Positions 17,701 through 27,570 of a DNA stretch of 64,000 bases are shown piece after piece. This stretch comes from Candidatus Latescibacterota bacterium (lineage in GTDB: Bacteria; Latescibacterota; UBA2968), in contig OZ242195.1 in the NCBI GenBank assembly GCA_965205975.1, positions 3,072,001 to 3,136,000 on the forward strand, given 5' to 3'. Position 1 is the stretch's first letter, and the number at the start of each line of letters is the position of its first letter. A program made the position numbers and the translations under genes. A model generated the notes under the pieces. It was not told where the DNA came from. It did not search any database and saw nothing but the letters and a program-made list of their open reading frames with translations.

Positions 17701-18841
17701 GCATGCGGTCATAAATTGCACGCCGACACAAATCCTGTGAAAATCGATAGCGGTCTTCATCCTCTCCACAAGCAGCCAAAAGCCCTTCCGCAATCAAGTC
17801 ATCCAGCATATCCAGCAATTCTAACTCATCACCGCGCCAAACTGCAGCCAATAATTCGAAAGAAAAATCACTTAAAAAAACACAGGCGTATTCCAGCACC
17901 CGCTGTTGCATAGCAGGCAGGGTTGCTATGCGCCTGTACAAAACCTCTGAAAAGTCATTGGATAATAATGTTTCGGGAAACTCTCCCCACTGCCAATCGC
18001 CAGACACATCTTGCCGAACCACATCGGCATGCACCAGTGTCCTTATCGCCTCCACGACAAACAGGGGTTGTCCGCCTGTTTCTCTGAACAGGGTTTGCAA
18101 TGCATCCGACGGTATGGATCGCTCCCCTAACATCGACGCCGCTAAATATCCCACCTCTTCTTGTTGTAGATACTCCAACTGCATCTGGGTCGCTTCAGCA
18201 AATTCATTACTATGTATAAAATTCTCAATTTCCTCTGAAAGCGGTTCCAGATTAGACCATCGGCAAGTCAGACATAACAAAAACGGGCACGGTTCTGGAT
18301 CGCGCAACACATACTGCAAAAATTCCAGAGTCAATTCATCAAGCCATTGAATATCTTCCAAACACAACACAATGGGCTGTTTCTGTCGCAGACTTTTTAG
18401 TAACTGCAACCAGCGCTCCATAACAGAAAACTTGTCGGTCTCTAATGAATCGGGCAACTCTGCCATCAAATCCGTCGTCCCTTGAAAAGCCCTGATCAAC
18501 GCACCGTATATTTGTCCGCCCTCTTCCTGCCCTGCGCCCTTCAAACATAGAAAATCGTGGATCAGAGCGTCGCCCAACAGTTCTTCGGCCAGTCTCGATT
18601 TACCTACTCCCGCCTCACCCGAGATCAAAACCACGCGCTGCTTGCCAGCCTGTACATCCTGTAACATCGCACTCAGTATCTTCATTTCAGATTCCCGCCC
18701 GACAAATTGTGGGCGCACAACTTTTCTATGCACATCGCGCTGCTCGTCCTCCAGCAGCACAAGCTCCGATGGTAAGGCACGTACCAGTTCCTCTGCCGAC
18801 TGATAACGATCAACACGCTCCTTTGCCAGCAACTTCAGCAC
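14759..18841 (-). CDS. Multidomain sigma54-dependent activator (P-loop ATPase, TPR, GAF, AAA+ GAFTGA, Fis HTH); C-terminal part of a frameshifted kinase fusion
   Basis: GEAGVGKS, GKTGTGKE, SELFGHKKGAFTGA, WPGNVRELEN, terminal HTH. Confidence 0.9.
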   Translation of the reverse strand: MLKLLAKERVDRYQSAEELVRALPSELVLLEDEQRDVHRKVVRPQFVGRESEMKILSAMLQDVQAGKQRVVLISGEAGVGKSRLAEELLGDALIHDFLCLKGAGQEEGGQIYGALIRAFQGTTDLMAELPDSLETDKFSVMERWLQLLKSLRQKQPIVLCLEDIQWLDELTLEFLQYVLRDPEPCPFLLCLTCRWSNLEPLSEEIENFIHSNEFAEATQMQLEYLQQEEVGYLAASMLGERSIPSDALQTLFRETGGQPLFVVEAIRTLVHADVVRQDVSGDWQWGEFPETLLSNDFSEVLYRRIATLPAMQQRVLEYACVFLSDFSFELLAAVWRGDELELLDMLDDLIAEGLLAACGEDEDRYRFSQDLCRRAIYDRMQDVRRRLLHREIGNALEETGDAEELTEELADHFAAAEERDKAVKYMCLAGKKALEVQAYRQALRRFEAVRDWTADDVFELPADAIDFLCDYADVFRNCSEYNCALKLLDEANALLPADRKDLKARILNDQGEIHSVLQHGEIAEGYMLEALQLYRELGDFDGEIQALSSLSYLCDVSGRHEESIAYMRREIEKLRESGDPQNQAFIQGREGQAALVEFRFETAKGYLETVVKIFRQLGLEHHRVWALNALQRIYFYLGDFNGAEAVCYEVIGEWQKRGGVYWEAANFLWLGELALERDDFAEALEYAEISSERFLETPRKDYIYRAYAIAATAAARMGNGETALEWAEKAKEGTQQISGMYTGILPLVYCGIGAAFAQAGRIAEAEEAFEQAIECRRESKGDHWARALLMAGEFYLQRDDMPKAQAHLEAAKQAFEEMEMSYFLEKTQVLLNQLSRDEDGRGRDAAPTLHRGEDTVSSSEVPVGALSVDRWNLLYDMSQELTTEHDVKVLLDGTLGNLLAVYSAERVIVAIKNETPKDFVVDVVRHHNLESNDAEELSGGIIRRVIETNEPVLSLDAQTDDRLNQYQSVIDYNIRSVLCVPLFHVSEGVMGALYVDHRGIGNAFSEADQTFLQAFANLVGVALVNARMYEQLEEKARYLQQEVERQHQLGDLFGQSDAMQAIYRLIERAAKSDIPVLVQGKTGTGKELAARSIHYNSTRKDQRFLSQNCAALSPELLQSELFGHKKGAFTGATEDHKGVFETANGGTVFLDEIGDAPPPLQRSLLRVLQEGEIRRVGETEDRAVDVRIIAATNRDLKKEVEKGSFREDLYYRLHVIQIDMPPLRERMEDVPLLAEHLLIRAKEEANKSVGGLTVGAIRALTNYNWPGNVRELENEIRRAVALVEEDGAITPDLFSEAVGHAMSGVSVEYQGHLKDSMQEYEKRLIMDALEKYEGNIKRTAEELGLVRASLYRKMNRLGLR

Positions 18842-19616
18842 AATTTGTTGCGTCTCTTCGGGAACAGCGATATTGAACTTCGCCTATTGGTGGAGGTGAC
18901 TCTCGAATATGCTTCATAATAACAGATATGGGATTTTGTCCAGAAAAGGGCGATGCGTCCGTGAGGACTTCGTATAAAATCACACCCAATGAGTACAAAT
19001 CTGACCGATGATCCACCCACAACCCCTTACCCTGCTCTGGCGACATATATTCTGCCGTACCAATCGTTGCACCCGTCTGAGTAATGGAAGCACTGTGCAA
19101 ATGTCTGAATTTCGCCAATCCCAGGTCCAGAATCGTGGTTTCAATCCCCTCTTTTGTCTCCAAAACCATAATATTGGATGGCTTGAGATCGCGATGCACT
19201 GCACCCTGAGCGTGGACATAAGCCAATCCATCGGCAATTTGTTGTATCAAGTCAAAAAAGTGAGACGTCCGGAATTGCTCTAACAGTACACGATCGGCAA
19301 TAATTTTTTCCAATGTCTTTCCGGGCAAATATTCCATTGTAAAATAGGGACGGTCTTTGGCAAAGCCCCAGGTGTATGTGCGAACCAGACGCGGGTGCTG
19401 GAATCGGTTCAACACCTGAAACTCTCTGTGAAAACGACGGCGCACAGCCTGCTCATCCATCATTTCATTCAAAATTTTGAGCGCGCAATCCCGATCTTGC
19501 TCCAGGTCCAAAACCCGATACACTTCACCCATGCCCCCGGCTCCCAGGTGCGCCTGGATCTGGTATCTTTTGTCGAGAATTGTGCCAATTTCGAACATAC
19601 GCGTTATTCTTTGCAA
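18810..19616 (-). CDS. Hanks-type Ser/Thr protein kinase domain, separated from the activator by a 1-nt frameshift near 18876
   Basis: GAGGMGEVY, HRDLKPSN, DLGLA, YMSPEQ, DLYSLG; the kinase C-lobe end (LLAKERVDRYQSA) lies in the other frame. Confidence 0.85.
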   Translation of the reverse strand: MQRITRMFEIGTILDKRYQIQAHLGAGGMGEVYRVLDLEQDRDCALKILNEMMDEQAVRRRFHREFQVLNRFQHPRLVRTYTWGFAKDRPYFTMEYLPGKTLEKIIADRVLLEQFRTSHFFDLIQQIADGLAYVHAQGAVHRDLKPSNIMVLETKEGIETTILDLGLAKFRHLHSASITQTGATIGTAEYMSPEQGKGLWVDHRSDLYSLGVILYEVLTDASPFSGQNPISVIMKHIRESPPPIGEVQYRCSRRDATNCAEVAGKGAC

Positions 19617-19725
19617 GTTTTGATTGATATGTGAGATTAATAATGCGTAAGATTCAGAATTTTTTCAACCTTTTTGGCGACACGGGGCGCAGTTTGTTCT
19701 GTTGTATTTTTCAGACCCATCAATT

Positions 19726-21639
19726 CTAATTGAGATGGATAGCCCTGGCCTGTCTTTGCACCAACACCAGAACGAGAAAAATCGCCATCCCAATGACATG
19801 ACATACCAGCAAAGGCCAGAGCATCAGAACCGCTGCCACCAGGAATAAGACGCGGTATAATACACTCAGCGACACCATATGAAAACCCTCAGAAGCCGCC
19901 GCAAAAGACAGCAATCCCAGAAGCGTAGCTATCGCAGTCTCAATAACGCGCCAGGTCTCTCCTTCAAAAAGGATGGGCGTGTAGCAAAAAAGCAGGGGAA
20001 TAAAATAAATGCCCTTGGCAATGCGCCACGACTCAAAACCCGTACGCAGCGGATTTGCCCCCGCAATACCCGCAGCAGAATACGCAGCCAGACAAACCGG
20101 AGGCGTGACATTGGCATCCTGAGAATACCAGAAAATCAGCAAATGCGCCGCAATCAGACTCACCCCCAGATTGGTCAGCGCAGGCGCAGCCAGCACCGCG
20201 AGCACGATATAAGAAGCCGTCACCGGCAGACCCATGCCCAGAATCAGAGACGCAATGGCAATAAGCACAACAGTAATGAGCACACTGCTTCCGGCAATCG
20301 CCGAAATGAGCAAAGAAAATTTGATCCCAACGCCAACCATCAGCACCACACCCACAATAATACCCGCACACAGCAGAATAATACCCGTGGTAATCATATT
20401 GTGAGCACCCAGCGCAAGAGCATCGACAATATCGCGGATATTCATGCGCGTATTCTTATTCAACCAGCTCGCAACAACAATACTCGCGGTTCCCGTTGCC
20501 GCCGCAAACGTGGGTGTAAAACCGTAGATCAGTGTACCCACCAGCACCCCAATGGGAATCGCAAAATGCCAGCCTTCGCGGATCGTATCGCGGATATCCG
20601 GAAGTTCCGAAGCAGGCAAGGGCGCAATCCCCCGTTTTCGCGCGCGAAAATGAATAAAAAAAGTAACACTCAAAAAATAGATAAGCGCCGGGATAAAAGA
20701 CACACCTACAATGGTCAAATACGGAATCTGCGTCCACTGACTCATAATAAACGCACCCGCACCCATAATCGGCGGCATGAGTTGACCGCCCGTAGATGCC
20801 GCCGCCTCGACCGCGCCTGAAAAAGTAGGCGAAAAACCCGTGCGCTTCATCATCGGAATCGTAAGCGAACCCGACCCCACCGTATTCGCCACAGCACTCC
20901 CCGAAATTGAACCGAGCATACCACTGGCAAAAACCGCCATCTTTGCCGGTCCACCCACCGTGCGCCCCAGCAGCGCGAGCGCCAGACGAATCATAAAATC
21001 GCCCGCACCCGAACGCAGGAGAAACGCGCCAAAAAGCACAAAAAGCGCGACAAAAGTAGATGAAATAGTCGCAATCGTCCCAAAAATACCATCGGGCGCG
21101 AAGTACATGCGGTAGAGCAAACGCGGAAATGACACCCCTGGAAACGCCCATATACCCGAAATATATTGCCCCCAAAAAAGCGCGTAAGTGAGAAATACAA
21201 GCGCGAGCAGTGGAATAAAAAAACCCGTTGTCCGCCGGGTAATCTCGAGCAAAAGGAGAATCGCGATACCCGCAAAAATGAGATCAGCCGTATTCGGCAC
21301 CTCATTGCGGGCGTGCAGTGCATCCTCAAAAAACACGAGATAAAGGGCGACGGCAACAGATAGGATGGCGAAAAAATAATCGAGAATCAGCGTGCGCGGG
21401 GCATAGCGCGTAGAAACGGGATAAAGCAGATATCCCAAAAAAAGAATAAAGGCATAATGAGCGGCATTGCGCTGTAATTCGGGCAAAACACCCAGCGTAT
21501 TGCTCCACAGGTGAAACAGAGACAGGCAAACCCCCACAACAACGACGAGCACCTGATGCCTGCCTGTAAGCACGCGATGCGGCGTACTCACTTCGCCGCC
21601 GTGATCCTGTTCAACTATGGTCCTATGAGATTCTGGCAT
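19726..21639 (-). CDS. TRAP transporter fused (4TM/12TM) permease, TAXI type
   Basis: GGPAKMAV, SGSAVAN, AASTGGQLMPPIMGAGAF, NVTPPVCLAA. Confidence 0.9.
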   Translation of the reverse strand: MPESHRTIVEQDHGGEVSTPHRVLTGRHQVLVVVVGVCLSLFHLWSNTLGVLPELQRNAAHYAFILFLGYLLYPVSTRYAPRTLILDYFFAILSVAVALYLVFFEDALHARNEVPNTADLIFAGIAILLLLEITRRTTGFFIPLLALVFLTYALFWGQYISGIWAFPGVSFPRLLYRMYFAPDGIFGTIATISSTFVALFVLFGAFLLRSGAGDFMIRLALALLGRTVGGPAKMAVFASGMLGSISGSAVANTVGSGSLTIPMMKRTGFSPTFSGAVEAAASTGGQLMPPIMGAGAFIMSQWTQIPYLTIVGVSFIPALIYFLSVTFFIHFRARKRGIAPLPASELPDIRDTIREGWHFAIPIGVLVGTLIYGFTPTFAAATGTASIVVASWLNKNTRMNIRDIVDALALGAHNMITTGIILLCAGIIVGVVLMVGVGIKFSLLISAIAGSSVLITVVLIAIASLILGMGLPVTASYIVLAVLAAPALTNLGVSLIAAHLLIFWYSQDANVTPPVCLAAYSAAGIAGANPLRTGFESWRIAKGIYFIPLLFCYTPILFEGETWRVIETAIATLLGLLSFAAASEGFHMVSLSVLYRVLFLVAAVLMLWPLLVCHVIGMAIFLVLVLVQRQARAIHLN

Positions 21640-21644
21640 ATCAG

Positions 21645-21743
21645 TGGTCAGTAGTCAGTCCCTCTTTTTCATCTGCGTTCATCTGCGTTCATCTGCGGAT
21701 ACTCGCCTTTCACACTTCAAACTTCTCACTTCAAACTTCTCAC
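21645..21743. repeat. Short tandem repeats (TCAGTRG, ATCTGCGTTC x3, CACTTCAAACTTCT x2)
   Basis: Direct reading; the 10-mer family also occurs at 7515-7542 and 22722-22751. Confidence 0.7.
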
Positions 21744-22801
21744 TCCCCTATCAAAGACGGCGAAATATCGATACCCTTCTCGCTATAATAGCGCACAGCA
21801 CCCGCATGCAGGGGAACAGCCAGCCCCATCGTGGCTTTATCGAGAGACATTGCGAGCGTGGCCTTGTGGATATTTTGAATCTCCTCTAAATTCTCATAAA
21901 TAGTTTTTGTAATCTCATAGACCACATCCTCAGGCAAATCTGCTCTACACGCCAAAAAATTGGGTTGTGCAATCGTCTCAATCGCTTCGGACTGCCCGGG
22001 ATACGTATTGGCCGGAATAATATACCGCGTCCACATGGGAAACGCATTTTGGATTGCCGCGAGGTGATCATCGCTAAAAGCAAGCACAGAAACCCCGTCT
22101 GCACCGAGCTGGGCAAAAGCCTGCGTCACAGCAGCCACGGGCGGACCAGCCGAAAGCGTCGCCCCAGCAATGCGACCGTCAATCATAGCCTGAGCAGACG
22201 GACTATAACCCAAATACTCAGACGTAAAATCCTCATCCGGAGAAATATTAAGCGCTGCGAGAATCGTTCGCGTCGCGCCTTCTGTACCACTGCCGCGTTT
22301 GCCAATAACGTATTTGCGGCCGAGTTTTCTCAAGTCCTCAACAGTACCTGTTTTGGCATCGGACGCCCGAAGTATAAAATGCTCGACATTCTCCCATAGC
22401 AGGGTAATAGACCGGAGATCTCTAACCGCTTGCCCCTGATAAGTCCCCTCTCCGCGATAAGCCATCGTACCGTACAAACCCAGCAAAATCGCCAGATGTG
22501 CCTCTCGATTGACCAGCATCTGAATATTCTCGGCCGACCCTGCAGAATTGATAGCTGCTACCACAATCTTGGGCTGTAGCTTCTGTGTAATCGTCGTACT
22601 CAGCGCAACACCCACCGGATAATACGTACCGCCGGGCGTGGCTGTTGCAATAATCAAATTCTGCGTCTGCATACCTTCCTGCGGTGCTCCACAGGAGATA
22701 CAGAATATAAAGGCGAAAAGCAACCACCGATGAACACGGATAAACACAGATGAAAGGAAAGGATGCAAAAAGGAAGATATACGCGACATAAAAAACCTCA
22801 T
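21740..22801 (-). CDS. TAXI family TRAP solute-binding lipoprotein
   Basis: IATATPGGTYYPVG, SAGSAENI, GSGTE, PLHAGAVRYY; start uncertain. Confidence 0.9.
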   Translation of the reverse strand: MRFFMSRISSFLHPFLSSVFIRVHRWLLFAFIFCISCGAPQEGMQTQNLIIATATPGGTYYPVGVALSTTITQKLQPKIVVAAINSAGSAENIQMLVNREAHLAILLGLYGTMAYRGEGTYQGQAVRDLRSITLLWENVEHFILRASDAKTGTVEDLRKLGRKYVIGKRGSGTEGATRTILAALNISPDEDFTSEYLGYSPSAQAMIDGRIAGATLSAGPPVAAVTQAFAQLGADGVSVLAFSDDHLAAIQNAFPMWTRYIIPANTYPGQSEAIETIAQPNFLACRADLPEDVVYEITKTIYENLEEIQNIHKATLAMSLDKATMGLAVPLHAGAVRYYSEKGIDISPSLIGE

Positions 22802-22880
22802 ATCAAAAAAGTGAACAGATATTTATCAGCCTAATTATACCCGCCCGCCTATATGCGTCAAGAGAAAACACCTTTGCGCC

Positions 22881-22909
22881 TTGACAACCTCTGTTGCGAT
22901 TTCTATACT
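22881..22909 (+). promoter_or_regulatory. Sigma70 promoter TTGACA-N17-TATACT
   Basis: Consensus -35/-10 followed by SD GAGGAG and ATG 22929. Confidence 0.7.
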
Positions 22910-22928
22910 TCCTCTGAGGAGTAGATCT

Positions 22929-23912
22929 ATGGATAACACGCGCACAATTCTCTTTTGCACACTCGCATCCGTCTTGCTCTTGTCTGGCTGTGCCGAGTAT
23001 CGGGCGTATCGCCATTTAGATCGCGCAGTTGCTCTCGAAGCCAATCGGGATCGCGAAACCGCGCTCGCGATATTTCAGGCTGCGGTGGATATATGCCCTG
23101 AAGACGCGGTTTTGCGGCGGTGGTTGGGCAGGGCATATTTGAGGCGCAACCAATACGACGCAGCGCGAGCCGAGTTCGAAATTGCGCTTGGATTGGCACC
23201 CGATTATATGCGCTTGTACCGCGACCTCGCAATCGTCAATGAAGCACTCGAGAGACCAGAAGTTGCTATCGCGTGGCTGGAAAAAGCCGTATCACAGGTA
23301 CCCGAGCATCGGGAATCTTATCGCGATCTCGTCAGTCTCTATCTGTCCCACGACCGGTTGAGCGAAGCGCAATCCCTTTTGGAAACAGTTGTCGAACAGT
23401 GGCCAAAAACGATATGGGCACATTTTCAACTGGGCGGTCTCTATATGGTATTAAAATGGCCCGAGCGCGCCGAAGAAGCTTATGTACAGGTACTGGACAT
23501 CGAGCCAAAAAACGACAATGAATCGGAAATACGAGCACGCACGCACGGCGAATTGGGCAATGTTTATTACGAGCGCAAAAACTATGAGCGCGCCGAGGAA
23601 TTTTACAAAAGAGCACTGGAGCTCAATCCTCTTGACGACAGCAGCCTGAACAATCTCGCCTGGATATATGCCATTCAGGGCATTCACCTGCGCGAAGGGA
23701 TTCGCCTCTCGCAGCGGTCTTTGCGCCTGCGTCCACACACCCCATCCTACCTGGACACACTGGCCGAACTGCATTACCGGATGGGCAATACCGAACGCGC
23801 CATTTTCATCATCCGCCAGGCCATTGCATTGGATCCGGATAACCCGGAGATGCGCGCCCATCTACATCGGCAACTCGCCAAATTTATTTCCGGCGGCCGG
23901 GGAAAGGTATAG
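22929..23912 (+). CDS. TPR-repeat lipoprotein
   Basis: LLSGC lipobox; multiple TPR helices; NNLAW/YLDTLA motifs. Confidence 0.85.
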   Translation: MDNTRTILFCTLASVLLLSGCAEYRAYRHLDRAVALEANRDRETALAIFQAAVDICPEDAVLRRWLGRAYLRRNQYDAARAEFEIALGLAPDYMRLYRDLAIVNEALERPEVAIAWLEKAVSQVPEHRESYRDLVSLYLSHDRLSEAQSLLETVVEQWPKTIWAHFQLGGLYMVLKWPERAEEAYVQVLDIEPKNDNESEIRARTHGELGNVYYERKNYERAEEFYKRALELNPLDDSSLNNLAWIYAIQGIHLREGIRLSQRSLRLRPHTPSYLDTLAELHYRMGNTERAIFIIRQAIALDPDNPEMRAHLHRQLAKFISGGRGKV

Positions 23913-23922
23913 GCACTGACTT

Positions 23923-25763
<1,841 letters not shown>

Positions 25764-25774
25764 AGGCACAAAAA

Positions 25775-26503
25775 GTGAGTGACTCTTTACTACAAATCGC
25801 ATCGCCAATCTTACCCGAAGAGACCCGCGCGCGCTTAAACGCAGTGTACGCACAGGTTCCCGCTGTATCGTGTACAGGTTGCGATGCACCGGGAAGCTGT
25901 TGCGAACTGACAGATGCCGAATACGACGACGATTTTGCAACCATGTATCCGCTCTACGCCGTCGAATACCTCAACATCACAGATTATGTGCGCTCGCACT
26001 TTGACCCCCAAAAACAGCGTGAATTGCTAAACACAGTCGAAGAACGCCCGCGCCGTTGTCCGTTCTTGACACCCGAAGGCGGCTGCTCAATCCACCCAGC
26101 GCGCCCCCTGACCTGTCGCACCTACGGTATTTTGAACCAGGTCTCTCAGGTCAACGCCACAGCTGAATCCGCACGCGACAAAGTACCCTGGCAATGGATA
26201 TCTTCTTTCTTATCCACAGAGCGATACACCGTATGTCCAAAAACCAGATTAAAAGAAGCCGACAAAGTCGATGCACACATGCAGGCGATGGTATCCCTGG
26301 AATACGAGCGCGAATTGATCTATCTATCGGACACACTCAACTGGTTGGATGCAGACCGTCGAGAACTATTCCAACAAATAACAAAAAAAATCCACCCCAC
26401 GCGGTGGACGTGGGGTGGATTTAACGCCCTCACCCAAAAACCATTGAAATGGGTAAAAAGCCACTTTGCAAATCTCTGGAAATCATCTTTTTTGGGGGAG
26501 TAA
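25775..26503 (+). CDS. YkgJ/CxxCxxCC-family cysteine-cluster protein
   Basis: CTGC...CC, CPFL...CSIHPARPLTCRTY. Confidence 0.8.
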   Translation: MSDSLLQIASPILPEETRARLNAVYAQVPAVSCTGCDAPGSCCELTDAEYDDDFATMYPLYAVEYLNITDYVRSHFDPQKQRELLNTVEERPRRCPFLTPEGGCSIHPARPLTCRTYGILNQVSQVNATAESARDKVPWQWISSFLSTERYTVCPKTRLKEADKVDAHMQAMVSLEYERELIYLSDTLNWLDADRRELFQQITKKIHPTRWTWGGFNALTQKPLKWVKSHFANLWKSSFLGE

Positions 26504-26513
26504 AAGGAAACAC

Positions 26514-27455
26514 CTAATACCCCTTCTCCTTATCCACCACATTCTGCAGCGCCTCACCCCTCACATACCTGTGCAAATTATCTACAAACCGCACCATAGC
26601 GCGCCTCCGAATATGTTGTGAAGACCCCGCACTATGCGATGTCAAAATCACATTGGGTTCGGTCCACAGCGGACTATCTTCCGGGCAGGGTTCCGTATAA
26701 GTCACATCCAGCCCAATACCCGCCAGTTTGCCCGACCGCAGCGCCGCAATCATAGCCTCCTCATCCACCACCTTTCCCCGACTCACATTGACGATCAAAC
26801 TACCCTCCATCAACCGATCAAACATCTCACCCGACAGCATCTTATGCGTTTCAGCCGTACTGGGACAACATACCATCACCACATTGGACTGCGACATAAG
26901 TTCGGGTAAATAATCCATCTTTTCCAACAAATCCACAGAATCGGGACAATCCATATCTTCGGGATCAACGGCAATAACCCGAAATTCAAACGCTTTTGCG
27001 CGGTCTGCAATCGCCCGTCCAATGCCGCCCAATCCAATAATACCCATCGTCATACCCGCCAGTTCCAAACACGGCACCCGCTCCCAATGCTTGCGCTTCA
27101 TAAATTCCAACTGCGTGTGAATTTGCCGCGTCAACGCCAGCAAAAGAGCAAACGCATGTTCTGCAATTTGCGGACCGAACAATCCCCCCGCATTAGTCAA
27201 AACCATATTGCTATTCTTAAATTTTTCATACAAATGCCCTTCGGCACCCGCATGGGGCTGCTGAACCCATTTCAACGCATCTGCGTGATCAAAATCGGAC
27301 TCGGCAAGCCGACCAAAAAGCACTTCTACACCCGATAGATAATCAGCCTGCTTTTCCCCCTCTGGCAAAAATATCACCTCAACTTCAGAAGGCACACCTT
27401 TTAACAACGCCTCAACATCCTCTGAATACCGACTGCCAATCAACGTGCGAACCAT
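26514..27455 (-). CDS. D-isomer-specific 2-hydroxyacid dehydrogenase
   Basis: GLGGIG, NVSRGKVVDE, LDVTYTEP, TSHSAG. Confidence 0.9.
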   Translation of the reverse strand: MVRTLIGSRYSEDVEALLKGVPSEVEVIFLPEGEKQADYLSGVEVLFGRLAESDFDHADALKWVQQPHAGAEGHLYEKFKNSNMVLTNAGGLFGPQIAEHAFALLLALTRQIHTQLEFMKRKHWERVPCLELAGMTMGIIGLGGIGRAIADRAKAFEFRVIAVDPEDMDCPDSVDLLEKMDYLPELMSQSNVVMVCCPSTAETHKMLSGEMFDRLMEGSLIVNVSRGKVVDEEAMIAALRSGKLAGIGLDVTYTEPCPEDSPLWTEPNVILTSHSAGSSQHIRRRAMVRFVDNLHRYVRGEALQNVVDKEKGY

Positions 27456-27570
27456 GCTCTATCTCCTTTTGATCTTACCGATGGCCAAATCAACCTCTGG
27501 AACTTTCATGGTACAAAAAGAAAACGCCACCGCAAAGCATTTCCGATGGCGTTCTGGATAATATCCATAC

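Noticed and set aside
19879..20820. 313-aa plus-strand ORF (and similar long antisense ORFs at 16195, 27742, 28396, 54011)
   Set aside because: Shadows of well-supported opposite-strand genes, with no recognisable motifs
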